Assembly: GCF_036971445.1 (NCBI RefSeq)
Contig: NC_091476.1
Coordinates: 26,164,001 to 26,228,000, forward strand
Direction of reading: 5' to 3'
DNA length: 64,000 nt
Source: Narcine bancroftii
Taxonomy: Eukaryota
Shown here: one piece after another, positions 12,921 to 42,100 of the stretch
Layout: each line of letters starts with the position of its first letter
Numbering within the stretch: position 1 is the stretch's first letter
Program-made: the position numbers and the translations under genes
The notes under the pieces: generated by a model
The model's input: only the letters and a program-made list of their open reading frames with translations
The model's database searches: none
Told to the model about the DNA's origin: nothing

Positions 12921-13649
12921 AAGAAAAAATCAATTCCTCATTAATGAGGAATTCCTCATCAATGCGGAAAACATTAGTTCATTATTGTTAGTATTTATTA
13001 AATGTCTTCTGAAAGTCCGCATTAGAAGTCTCAATCCTCACTGGTCCATATGCCAACATTAGTGATGACCTAAATAGTTAAATACTGATCAATGTTGCAA
13101 AAGAGTCCAACTTGCTGATACCAGTAAACAATTTATTAATCATAGGTGTGTGCAAAGTACCCTCAGGAAATGCAGTAAACAGAGGGTGCACTTGATTCAC
13201 TGAAGGATCATACACAATGAAAATTATTAGCAAATAATATTTACTTGCACCAAAGAAAACTTTAGCCATCTCTATGTTGCCATTGCAGTTATTGTTGGTT
13301 GAGTTTTGAATTACCTTAAGTTGACACAGGTACAATATGGAAGATGAAGAGAGTGAGTTTCAAAAACACATTTAAACATTTCAGCATCAAATAACCTGAG
13401 ATAGTTGAGAGGGTGATTGGGTGGCATGGCTATGTTATGAATGTAGGAGTACAGCCTTGATGATGGAGAAGTTGTTGGTATTAAAACATGGTGGTAAGGT
13501 AGTCACTTGGGCATACAGCAGCTGTGGAGAGTGAATCAGAAGGAACTTTTCAGGCCAATTACATTATCAAAGGTGAGTACAAGTGCCTGGAAAATTAGGA
13601 ATGTGGGATAGCCTCCACTGACCATAGTAACAGGGAAGCCATGTTTCTT

Positions 13650-13823
13650 GAAAAAAGGAGATTTCCTTTGGAGTTATGAAACCGTGCACATACCGAGTCA
13701 ATGAGGTACAATTAAACCAGTGGTTTTCAAACTTTTTTTCCACCCACATACCACCTTAAGCAATCCCTTACGAATCACAGAGCCCCTACGGCACAGGGAA
13801 TACATGAGAGGAAAGAAAAAGGT
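13650..13823 (-). mobile_element. Partial copy of the hAT MITE family directly upstream of the SLAIN-like promoter
   Basis: Reverse-complement match to the spacer and hairpin module of 3964-4337 (ATTTCCTTTGGAGTTATGAAACCGTGCACATA...CAGTGGTTTTCAAAC). Confidence 0.75.
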
Positions 13824-14101
13824 TGCGGTCCTGTGATCTCGTGGTTCACTTACCTGCTCACGTGGTGCTTCCGATGCGCTATCCTGATTGGCTGTTGTCG
13901 ACATTTTGATTCATCTTTCAAACTGCTGCAGCAGCTGGCGCCAAATTCAGCCAGTGGGAACAACGCAGGCGCAGACAGCGGGCCGGGCAGTGCGCATGAC
14001 AGCGGGCCGGGGGAGGTCAGAGGTTGTCTTTATGTAAGATGGTGGCGGGAGTGATGCGAGTGGTCATGGTCGAGCTGGGTTTTGGGTATTGATCGCGACC
14101 A

Positions 14102-30516
<16,415 letters not shown>

Positions 30517-32728
30517 AGACGGCTCAGATTTGTAAACTTTGGCACTTGAAAGCCCAGCTGGCTGGGCCAACTTCAAATAAAGACAGGAAAGCAAAGTCCA
30601 GTTTCGGACAATGGAAGGGTATTTTGTAAAGATTAGTTTTAATTGTTAGTGTCCATCTGTGCCAGGATTTTGATTCCTGGGTGTGTTACAGTATTGCATC
30701 ATCAAGCCAGGTTGTGACATCAGGTACCTTAAACTTAGTTATTTGTTTATAGATTGTAACCCCAAACTGACATTGAGCTTGAGGGTGGAATTGTGTAAAA
30801 GATCTTTAAATAGTAAAAGCAATCACATTTTGCCTTTATGCTTTTATTGTCTGAACTTTTATCATTCCTAATTTTAAATGAGTATTACAAAATGGGATCA
30901 GTGCTTAAGTGTATTTGAAGATTTGTTTGCTTGACTATATTCCTTGGTTTGCAATTCATATAAAGATTTTTACTAAAGCAAGGATGAATTGCATGAACAA
31001 CTTGAATGCCTGAGCAATGTGTGTGAGGAACCTGGAACAATCCTTAACTGTCGCAAGCTATCGATCAACATCCTTGTGATGTCAGTTTTGATCTGTTGAT
31101 TTCTAAGTGTAGAGGTTTGTATTTTAACTGAACATGTAAAATCTTGAAAGACTTCATTCATTAGAAGAAATGTGTGCCAATTCCCTGTGTTATAAACATT
31201 AATGAGTGGTAATTGCACCACAGGCCTCCAGCATGACTGAATTTGTGGAGTGTACTTCAAATTATTTTGCCCCGTGTATTTTATAATCCAGGCTATTGGC
31301 TTTTTTTGGGCAGAAGTTGGATTTGCCCATTCGCTTTATCAGGAGCAAATTGCACCAATTTGCCGATGATCTAGAATTGCCTTGAGGACAGACATTCAAT
31401 TTATCTTAAATTCATTCACTCCCCTATAACTTGAATGACAGACCAAAGTAATATTAAATAAGTCACCGTTTGCTTGATTATGAACTATCAATCATTTGAG
31501 TCTTGGGATTGTGCTAATTTGGCCTCAGTTGAATGGGCAGCACTGTTGGCATAGCGCAAAGCCTTTACAGCACCGGGGTTTGAATCCCGTGCTGTCTTTA
31601 AGGAGTTTGTATGCTCTCCCTGTGTCTCTGGAAGTGGGTGTAAATTGGGCAGCACAGATTTGTGGGCCAAAATGGCCTGTTACATCTAAATTAATAAAAA
31701 TTTATCAGTTAGGTATTCTCACTTGCCATCTTCTTTTCCTTACACCACTCAATGTGGCTTTGTTTTAGTTAAAAGCATTTGCAGAGAAACCTCTTGACAA
31801 AAGAACTTTTTTTTTTCTGGAGGCTCTAGGCTTATTTCTAAACCGGTTTTAAAAAATCAGTAATGTCAGTTACTGCATTTTACTTTTTAAAAAAAACCAC
31901 ACAATTTGATTTGTACAAGATGTTAAGCCGTTCCTCCAGGGGAACATTTGGGCAGTTTGCTTCAGATTTTTTATTCTGCAATGTCAGTTTATAGTTTGAT
32001 GTAAAACTTTAGCTGGTATGACATGTTCACACTCAAATTTCTCGGTCATATTTGAGGGTAGAACACATCAGTTGCACTACATTGGGTTAAGAACCTATAA
32101 ATGTAAGATTAGTTGCAAGCTGGTATGAATGTGGGATTTAGTCTTCAAATGTTTTGTGTGCAACATCGAGTTAGTAAAGTCTGTGCTGTGATGTGGATTT
32201 TACTATGATTGTCTTAAAGCAGCTTGATTTACAGGACCAATTTTTATTTTTGTATTTTAAGTTCTTGAAGGACATTACTGAAAAAAGAATCAATGAACTT
32301 GTGTATTGAGGAGTCTTTATAAGATAGTGGTTTAGTCTAATTTTTTTTCAGTTGAGCCATCAACAAGATGTTTTTATTTCTTCACTTTGTTTGAAATGGA
32401 GTAGTAAATGATTTGAATTTTCAGTTAAATTAAGCTTTTTATACAATTTTCTGGACCTATTTCCACCTTTACGTAAAGTTATTTCAGTTACATTGCTCAG
32501 TATTAAAGTTTGTTAATATTGTAACAAAATGTGTCTTGCTGCATTAAAGTTATCAGGTTAATTATCCTGGTCACAAGTCACTGAGGAGTATGGGATTGTG
32601 TCTTACTCTTGTGCTTCATTAATCTTCCTTAAGGTTTAAAGTGTCCATTGATAGCAATACTGAAATTCATACCGACTTTGGGAAGTGAAGCAGCCTATCC
32701 CTTCATCAAACCTAACATTAATCTTGAT

Positions 32729-33182
32729 TCTTTGGCTTGGCTTCGCGGACGAAGATTTATGGAGGGGTATGTCCAAGTCTGCTGCAGGCTCGTTGGTGAC
32801 TGACAAGTCCGATGCGGGACAGGCAGGCACGGTTGCAAGGGAAAATTGGTTGGTTGGGTGTTGGGTTTTTTCTCCTTTGTCTTTTGTCAGTGAGGTGGGC
32901 TCTGCAGTCTTCAAAGGAGGTTGCTGCCCGTTGAACTGTGAGGCGCCAAGATGCACGGTTGGAGGTGAGATCAGCCCACTGGCGGTGGTCAATGGGGCAG
33001 GCACCAAGAGATTTCTTTAAGCAGTCCTTGTACCTCTTTGGTGCACCTGTCTCAGTGGCCAGCTCACCATAGAACACAATCTTGGGAAGGTGATGGTCTT
33101 CCATTCTGGAGACGTGACTCACCCAGCGCAGTTGGGTCTTCAGCAGCATGGATTCGATGCTTGCGGACTCTGCCAGCTCGAG
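32729..33182 (-). mobile_element. RTE-clade LINE, 5'-truncated
   Basis: [34 protein letters not shown]...[12 protein letters not shown]; same 3' end as the other three copies. Confidence 0.9.
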
Positions 33183-36048
33183 ATTAAGTTTGTCATTATT
33201 ACATGCCTCAAGTAACAATTATGAAAATCAGAAACTGGGAGCCATGGAAATGAGTGACAAATGCTGTCTTTGTTCAGAAGTGAAAATACTTTTTTGGGTG
33301 AGAATTAAACTTTAAAGCATTAAAATAAAAAACCTTGTTTGTCATATAAACACAATTACAAGTGATTTGCTGTTGCTACTGGGCTGTTTTTTTATATAAA
33401 TGTTATCCAAAATGGACCTGGTCCTGACCATTTTGGATAATCAGTTGTACTGTAATTCTGGATTTTTTAAAAATGCTACAGCATAGTAACACACTCTTCA
33501 AGTCCATGTGACTTGTGTATTGTACTAGTTAGTAAAATGTGTAAAGCTTTGTGCATAAGGTGACCTGAAACTAGTCTTTTGAGTATATTAAATACAAATT
33601 TGATGCAATTACTTTATTGCATCCAAATAGAAAATTGTAATCAGTCAGCTCAATTGTTCCCTGAAATTTAAGCATCTAAAAGTTAATGATACATTCCTTG
33701 TAGCATAATCCCTTTGAAGAGAAAACAAGATCAAAAAAATGAAGCTCAGCCTAGTTTAAAACACAAGCATTCAAAAACTGTTGGTGCAGAACTACATAGA
33801 GTTAAATATGGATTATAATCATTGGAAAAAAAACATGGCTACAATAAAATTAGCCCACAGAATTTAAGTGTAGTGCTAGACCAGCCATTCTCAAACTTCT
33901 TTAGGCTATAGGCCCCCCTTCCCTGTGAAGCAGTCAAGTTTAAAATGTTACATGTGGAAAAGCAAACAAGGCTTTTACTTAAATGTGCTGTGCTCCTGGG
34001 GTGGGGCACCTATTGAGAACAGTTGCACTAAACACTTCAAATGAATGCATAAGAACCAAACTGTACAGATAGACTAATGTTTCATGCCTGTACACATTTA
34101 CATTTTGCTAAGAAATAATTGCTAAAATAGAAATGAGTCATTCCACAAAAATTTAGTACAATGGATTTATTTTTACCATTCAATATAATGCATAGTTACA
34201 AGAGCAAAAACATCTTATACACAACCACAATTTATATTACAATGGTGATGTAATATTCTAGAATTTTGTGCAATTTTAAAATTTAAATTGTTTTTTCAAG
34301 GCTGGTGTGGGATGGAAGAGGTTTGGTTACTGACAATAGTATTTCATCACCCTCCATTATCAAGGCTATGCATATAACCACATTAGAAAGTATAAAGGCA
34401 TGAACAAAATGAAGGATGTACATGTGATATACATAAAGGCCTGGGATTATTCTAAGTGTTTATTGCATTTCAGGTTCCTTTGGTCTGGACACTACTTGAT
34501 GTATTCAAAAGTATATAAAGGAATCAGAGCATAAATCTGGACTAAATGAATGAGTTACTTATTTAAATAATATTGATAATCATAAATTTTGTAAATTTGT
34601 GCCAATTAGAAAGCAAAGAAGTGACAGCTTAAGCAGTAATACAGCCGAGCTGATGTTTTAAAGAGGTGAGAGATCATAATGTTAGATAAATATTTATTTA
34701 ATATGTGCAGAAGGTGCTTGAGAACTAGTGACAGCTTCATTACACTTGACAAATGCTTTTAAGTGTTTGTCATTGTGAATTTAAGACTTGTAATTTCTGA
34801 TGCAAAACATACCCACACATAGACCCATTCTTCACTCTATGACCAGAAATATTTTAGTGACAAAATCAGATTTTCTTTAAAGACCTTCCTACAATGTTAA
34901 TTTGTGGAATGGAACTAAAACAAGCAAACCCTCAAGTATAGTCACTTCAGATTGTTAATTTTATCCCTTTTTGAAATAGATCGGTTTTTAATCTAGTTTT
35001 TGCTCCCAAAAATGAATAGCCTGAACTTGAAATGAAACAGCAGTGCTCACTTTTTAAATAGTATACCCCCATGAAAGCACATGCCCTTAGAAATTCTCTA
35101 TCCACTGAAAAAGGTGTGATCTGTGCCAAGTACATATTTCAGAGTGAACTTGTTTCACAATTATAAAAGAGCATGTCTTTCAATCCAAAACATGCATCCG
35201 AACGGCTATTCTGGAAGCAATTTCAAGTTCAGTTTTACAATAAACATCAGCACTCACTGCCAGTCAGGATCAAAGCAGCACAACCAACAAATACACAATG
35301 TAGACAAAAAATATACAAATAAATTTGGTTAGCACAAGCTCTGCAGTCAGCAGCATGACAAGGAAGCATGTGTAAACAATCTCTACAGTATGTGTTGTAC
35401 ACCTGTTATACCTTTTTCTGGATGTCTTGCACATAAATACTGGTGCTATGACTGGCACAAGAAATGTATTTACATTTGTACATCAGGCTAGGAATAATTG
35501 CCATTAATTTACAGCAAATTTGAAATTGCAGTTTTAAACAACAATTCATACATTTTCCAAAACAGAGCTATTTAGTTTTGTGGTTCCTCAGTTTGTAATT
35601 AAAAGTTAGCACCTTGACAGCTAAGAAATGTTATCTATTCCCACCTAGCTAATTTTACTGGAGGAAGTGGTGGTGCAAGAGAGTGGGGGAAAAAAAAACA
35701 ATCCCAATTATTCAGTGCTACCTTAAAGCTTCGGAAATCTGCACACCAATTTAGAAAAGTGCTTACCTGATCGACTCAAAATGCACTATTAATTTTTAAA
35801 AGTTACAATTTTTATTTCACAATCACTGAATAAAATATGGATTTGTTTCAGTTGAAATGCCGTAACTCCATCAATTAATAAGTATAAAAATGTCTGAAAT
35901 AGAAGGCAAGCAGAAACTATAGTCTTTCAATGCATAATATTTGGAGACACGAGAGATGAACCATTACACCTAGATCTCCAATTGAATTCTTGTGCAATAT
36001 TTAAAACTAGCTTTCAGTTTTTCCCTTCAATTTATTGGATTTTGACTC

Positions 36049-36117
36049 CTACTTCTTTATGCAGGTTGGCCACAAGAGACCGCCACATGCTGCTGACACA
36101 ATGATGTAAATGACAAC
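36049..36117 (-). CDS. VAMP7: VAMP7 last coding exon (end of TM segment)
   Basis: VVIYIIVSAACGGLLWPTCIKK*, TAG at 36051-36049. Confidence 0.95.
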   Translation of the reverse strand, partial: VVIYIIVSAACGGLLWPTCIKK

Positions 36118-39100
36118 CTGCAACACAAAATACTTCATTTAAAAAAAACAAAGCAAGTTTTAGTTACAAGCATCACCATCGCTCCATATACCACCATGCC
36201 TTTGATTTTCAAAAATAAAGATTGACCAGTACATTGGTGAAAAGGACCAAGTGGGAAAACGAGTAGAAACAAGAATAACGTACAATTTGCATGGCAAGAC
36301 TTATTGAAGAAATCACAATGGTCTGAATGGGCCCTTCATCAGCACTTAAAACAACTTCTCAACATTAACGAACGTCTAACATTTTTCTCAACCTTTTGTA
36401 ACTTGGATACAGCTGGTCAGTAAAAACAAGCACACTGATGCTCTATCTAATCACTGTTACTCATTTGTCTTTGCTTATTCTTTTAAGCGCCAAGGTAAAC
36501 CAACTCAGGCCTGAAAGCAAAATAACATTTTGATGGTTTAAAATTATCTAACAAGGGAAGACAAGATTGTGCATTCAAGAAAGCAACAATGTTACAAAGA
36601 GGAAGTTTCTCACTTGAAAACATGTAAATTACGATTAACCACCCAGGTCCCAACTTAGATTCACGCCTGAAATCTATTTAACACAGGGAGAGAAACTACA
36701 TCTACCAGTACACAAGAAAATGGACAGAAATCTTACATTCTATACATTTTATGATCTTGGCACATTCCACATTTATGAGTTGCACTTTTGATAAAGTGAA
36801 ACTGACATTCAATTTCGTCACTTGACAGTTGGGAATCTGAACTCACTGGATCAACTACCACAGTTAAACCATAACTCAATATGTCACAAAGGAATAAAGG
36901 ATAATTAAGTTTTGCATTTTAGCTGAAGGACTAATTTTAGCCCATAAACTCCAACTTTATACAGGCTCGAGGCAGGAGAGAAAAAGAAATACTTACAATT
37001 GCAACAATTACAACAACAATGGTCAGCTTGAGGTTTTTCATGCACATTGCTCTGGCCAGGTTTCTGCTGGTAGTTTTAAATGTGACCGACTACAAACAAA
37101 AAAAAATATTCAAGACATATTACAAGAGAAAAAATAAAAGATAATCACACAAAAATTCCAGCAGCCTTCCTGTTTAGCTTTTATTTCTCTCATCTCTTCA
37201 CTATTTGGAGATAAAAAATAATGTAACAAAAATAAATCTAATAACCATAGCTAGAAAGAACAGTTACAATGGAGGGTTTGATTTCTTGACACAAGGTTTC
37301 ACGAGAAGATCTTTTGACAAGCAAACAATGGTATTGATTTTTCCCCAGAGTAGTCAATGTTTTAAATATAGAGGTCAAATGGTAATGATGGACAGTAACC
37401 TTATTTCAGATCACTGGCAAAATATAAAAAGGCTCATTTATGAAGAAAAACTTTCAACATGCAAAATAATTGGATATCTGGAGCATTTCAAAGGGGTCCC
37501 TTCCAAGGGTCAAGACATAATGTACTTTCATCAATTTGTCCTTAACCTTAAGCACAGGATTTAAAAATATTCAATATCATTTGGACATTGTACCCAACCT
37601 GCAAATTTCTGTTCCATTAACTTAACCGGAGCATAATAGCATATGCATGTTGTATCACATACTTCGTATATATGGAACAAGATCAATTTCTACTCCCTTT
37701 CTATCACTTTTTTCAACAAATTGAGGTTTTACAAGTTACTGAAATCAAGTAGAGCTCAAAAGTTGACTTTTATTTTCAAGGTGATTACAAGGAAAACACA
37801 ATACTCACAGAATCCACCAAATTATCAGTTTTGTCAATCAGCAACTCTAATTTTTCTCCTCTCTGTGCCACCAATTCTGCATATGGGAAAAGTTGCACGG
37901 TCATGTTATGACGCACAGGGATCAGACAAGATAACATGTTTCTGGACTTGATTTATCTTGTGTTACTTACATGTCCACACTACATTTCACCCCTCAGAAG
38001 TCACACCACTTGTCAATCATTTTAAAAAAAGGAAAAATATCATGACACAAAATAAATTTATACATTGTTACAGTGCAAGTGCCTGGTGAATAAACAGATT
38101 GGTACAAGGGTGAAGATGGTGTTTCAGAAAATGATAACGGCTTGCTAATTCCCCACAGAATGAAAGGGTCATTGTTCTCCGCATGGTGTGTCATGCTGTG
38201 GGAACTGGCCGCCTATCTATTTGTTATTTTTTTTTTTAATCAGTCACTGACTCTCAATGTTCTCAGACTTTCCCAGGATGTGTGTGCAGCATGTCTCACT
38301 GTTAACATCACCAATATCACCTATGAGCAGGTAGTGCAAGGTCACCCGGCTTTCCCTCAATCCCATTTGTTATGTTCTTGTTTAATAGCAATATACAGTT
38401 GTAATGTGGATTGTGGCAGATCATGTGACCTATCTGTCAAACCTGGTGGGAGTGTGGATTGTGAAAGTTTACATGACCTCTTCATCACCTGCCAATCAAG
38501 GTTGGACTCACCCTTTGGTGCACACCTGACCATTGGTTCCTTTAACCACTTAGTGATTAGCTGGACTGAATCCTTTAGCTTACTGTACTATAAAGTCCAC
38601 CACATGCGGTACCTCTTTCTTTGGTTAGCGTTTCTACCACAGTGGCCATACATCCAGGTGCTCACCTATTGTTTGGAGGAATGTATCCCAGATGGCACCT
38701 GCCATGCCATCCAGTGGGAAGGCAGGGGTTGGCACATCCAAGGTTATTCTGGTATTCACATAGGAGCACCCCATTTGCTGGGCTGTGGACTATTGGCAAT
38801 CTTATGTAACAGTTCATTAATGGTTTACATATCTATTGTGGGACTGTGTTTTATCTTCGCAATAAAGAACATGCAGACATGGAACCTTAGAAATAAACGG
38901 GATGCCGTTTCTGCTCGCATTCCCGCTGATTAATTGGACCAGTGCTGACCAAACTAGATGCACCACATTGCCAAGGTATGCTCCCTTTGTGGACTCACTG
39001 GGGGGAAGTTAGGACTGTGTGTGCCAAATTGTAAGGAGGGGGAAATAGAAAGCAGTTTCAGACGCACCCAACCCAGCAAGGATTATTGGAAGTAAGATGG

Positions 39101-42100
39101 TTAAGTGGTGTGGGGAGTGGAAAACAGCATCATTACCAAAATATTCTGATTAAGGAATCCATGCAAGCAGCTCCAGTAGCTGTCATCGAGCAGGATAGGC
39201 GAGTTTGGAATATCCTTAACTGCGTGCGCTGGAGCAGTAATGCAGATGCCGTGGTCTGGTGGTGCTGCATATGTATTTCTGTTGTAGGTTCCCTCAATTC
39301 CAGCATAGGCTGGAAGAGCAGTTTCAAGGATAGTCTTCTGTTGTTGGGGGGGGTGGGAGGGGTGATTTAGGAAAACTCATGTTTGGTCAGTTGGTTGGAG
39401 TGGTAACATGATAGATTAGTCAGGCACCACCTCTGGTGGGGGGAAGGACCCATACACTTGCTTGTTAATACAAGTTTAAACATCACAATTGCATGTCCAG
39501 CCAAGATTCCTTGAATCCTGATTGGAGCGCCAATTGTTTTGTGGGAAGGAAAATGTTTGGTGGGTTCAACGAGCAACGAGTCTAGACACAGGAAGCATCT
39601 TTATCAAAAACACACGCAAGGAGATCACACTAGTACTCTCAATCACAAAATACAGTATAATCAGTTACTTCAGACTTCTTTTTTTCTTTGGCTTGGCTTC
39701 GCGGACGAAGATTTATGGAGGGGGTAAAAAGTCCACGTCAGCTGCAGGCTCGTTTGTGGCTGACCAGTCCGATGCGGGACAGGCAGACACGATTGCAGCG
39801 GTTGCAAGGGAAAATTGGTTGGTTGGGGTTGGGTGTTGGGTTTTTCCTCCTTTGCCTTTTGTCAGTGAGGTGGGCTCTGCGGTCTTCTTCAAAGGAGGCT
39901 GCTGCCCGCCAAACTGTGAGGCGCCAAGATGCACGGTTTGAGGCGTTATCAGCCCACTGGCGGTGGTCAATGTGGCAGGCACCAAGAGATTTCTTTAGGC
40001 AGTCCTTGTACCTTTTCTTTGGTGCACCTCTGTCACGGTGGCCAGTGGAGAGCTCGCCATATAATACGATCTTGGGAAGGCGATGGTCCTCCATTCTGGA
40101 GACGTGACCCATCCAGCGCAGCTGGATCTTCAGCAGCGTGGACTCGATGCTGTCGACCTCTGCCATCTCGAGTACCTCGACGTTAGGGGTGTGAGCGCTC
40201 CAATGGATGTTGAGGATGGAGCGGAGACAACGCTGGTGGAAGCGTTCTAGGAGCCGTAGGTGGTGCCGGTAGAGGACCCATGATTCGGAGCCGAACAGGA
40301 GTGTGGGTATGACAACGGCTCTGTATACGCTTATCTTTGTGAGGTTTTTCAGTTGGTTGTTTTTCCAGACTCTTTTGTGTAGTCTTCCAAAGGCGCTATT
40401 TGCCTTGGCGAGTCTGTTGTCTATCTCATTGTCGATCCTTGCATCTGATGAAATGGTGCAGCCGAGATAGGTAAACTGGTTGACCGTTTTGAGTTTTGTG
40501 TGCCCGATGGAGATGTGGGGGGGCTGGTAGTCATGGTGGGGAGCTGGCTGATGGAGGACCTCAGTTTTCTTCAGGCTGACTTCCAGGCCAAACATTTTGG
40601 CAGTTTCCGCAAAGCAGGACGTCAAGCGCTGAAGAGCTGGCTCTGAATGGGCAACTAAAGCGGCATCATCTGCAAAAAGTAGTTCACGGACAAGTTTCTC
40701 TTGTGTCTTGGTGTGAGCTTGCAGGCGCCTCAGATTGAAGAGACTGCCATCCGTGCGGTACCGGATGTAAACAGCGTCTTCATTGTTGGGGTCTTTCATG
40801 GCTTGGTTCAGCATCATGCTGAAGAAGATTGAAAAGAGGGTTGGTGCGAGAACACAGCCTTGCTTCACGCCATTGTTAATGGAGAAGGGTTCAGACTTAA
40901 CACTAGTGATACTAGCAACTGTGTACAGACTTTATAACAACTGTTCTTTGTCTAACATAGGCACAGCTCCAATGCTATCAAATAGCCTTGATTCCGGTGT
41001 AGTTCACACCTTACCAATAGGCTCTCTCGGGTGAACCCTCCACCTTGAGGGCGGTAGCACAAGCGGATCTTAACCTGCAGACTCACCTTTCAGGTGGCAG
41101 CCCAAAAGGCTGCTTGCAGCGTTGCCTGGTCCACCTGAAAGGCACCTAGGAGTACCTCCAGATCTGATGAAGGTGGGGCAGCGCCACCCCTCAAAAATGC
41201 AGCATAGCAATGGCAGTCTTCCCTACCCATAATCCCCATGCAGGTGGAACTGGTCTGTTTTCCACACAGACACCCCGCTGTGACACCCCGCACCAACTGC
41301 CCCAGCCTCGACAGCACCCTGGGAGCGAAACAGCAGGGTTAGCCGCCAGGCAGTGGGGAGTTGGGTCGCTGGCTGATGGAGTTATTAGCCCACCCCCAGG
41401 CAGGCACTTACAGCAGCTGCACATTCAAGTGCCTTGGCGGAGTGCTGGGATCCACCGATTATCCCTTCCCAAGGAGGAAGGGTGTCGGTGGCTCATAGGT
41501 GCTTTCGGAGCATTCAAGTGACTGTTTTTAGCCGCATGGGGGGAGAACATACGGCTTTACAATGGTGTGTTCAGACCACCTGAAAGAGCCTAATAACTCC
41601 TCACAACCTGAAGTGGAGCAGGGTTCATCTCAGTGCCCAACAGCAAAAGAGAAAGAGCTACCGCATGTGGTGGATTTGATAGTACAGTAAGCTAAAGGAT
41701 TCAGCCCAGCTAATCACTAAGTGGTTAAAGGAGCCAATGGTCAGGTGTGCACCAAAGGGTGGGCAGAGTCCAACCTTGATTGGCAGGTGATGGAGAGGTC
41801 ATGTAAACTTTCACAATCCACACTCCCACCAGGTTTGACAGATAGGTCACATGACCTGCCACAATCCACATTACAACTGTATATACTATTACACAAGAAC
41901 ATAACAAATGGGAGCCATCCAACCCATTAAGCCTGCTCCGCCATTCAATCAGAACATGGCTAATCTGATGATAGACATCTTCACCTACTTGCCTTTTCCC
42001 CATATCCCTTACTATGTATAAATTTACCCAACCTGGTCTTAAATATATTTACTAAGGTCACCTCCACTGTCTCAATAGGCAGCAAATTCCACAGGCTCAC

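Noticed and set aside
38142-38933. 263-aa ORF on the + strand
   Set aside because: It crosses an inverted-repeat arm and unrelated flanks, has no domain similarity, and starts at TTG; most likely chance.
39738-40868. 376-aa ORF as a host gene or autonomous element
   Set aside because: It is a 5'-truncated RTE lacking the endonuclease and the N-terminal part of the RT, and it is flanked by a TSD.
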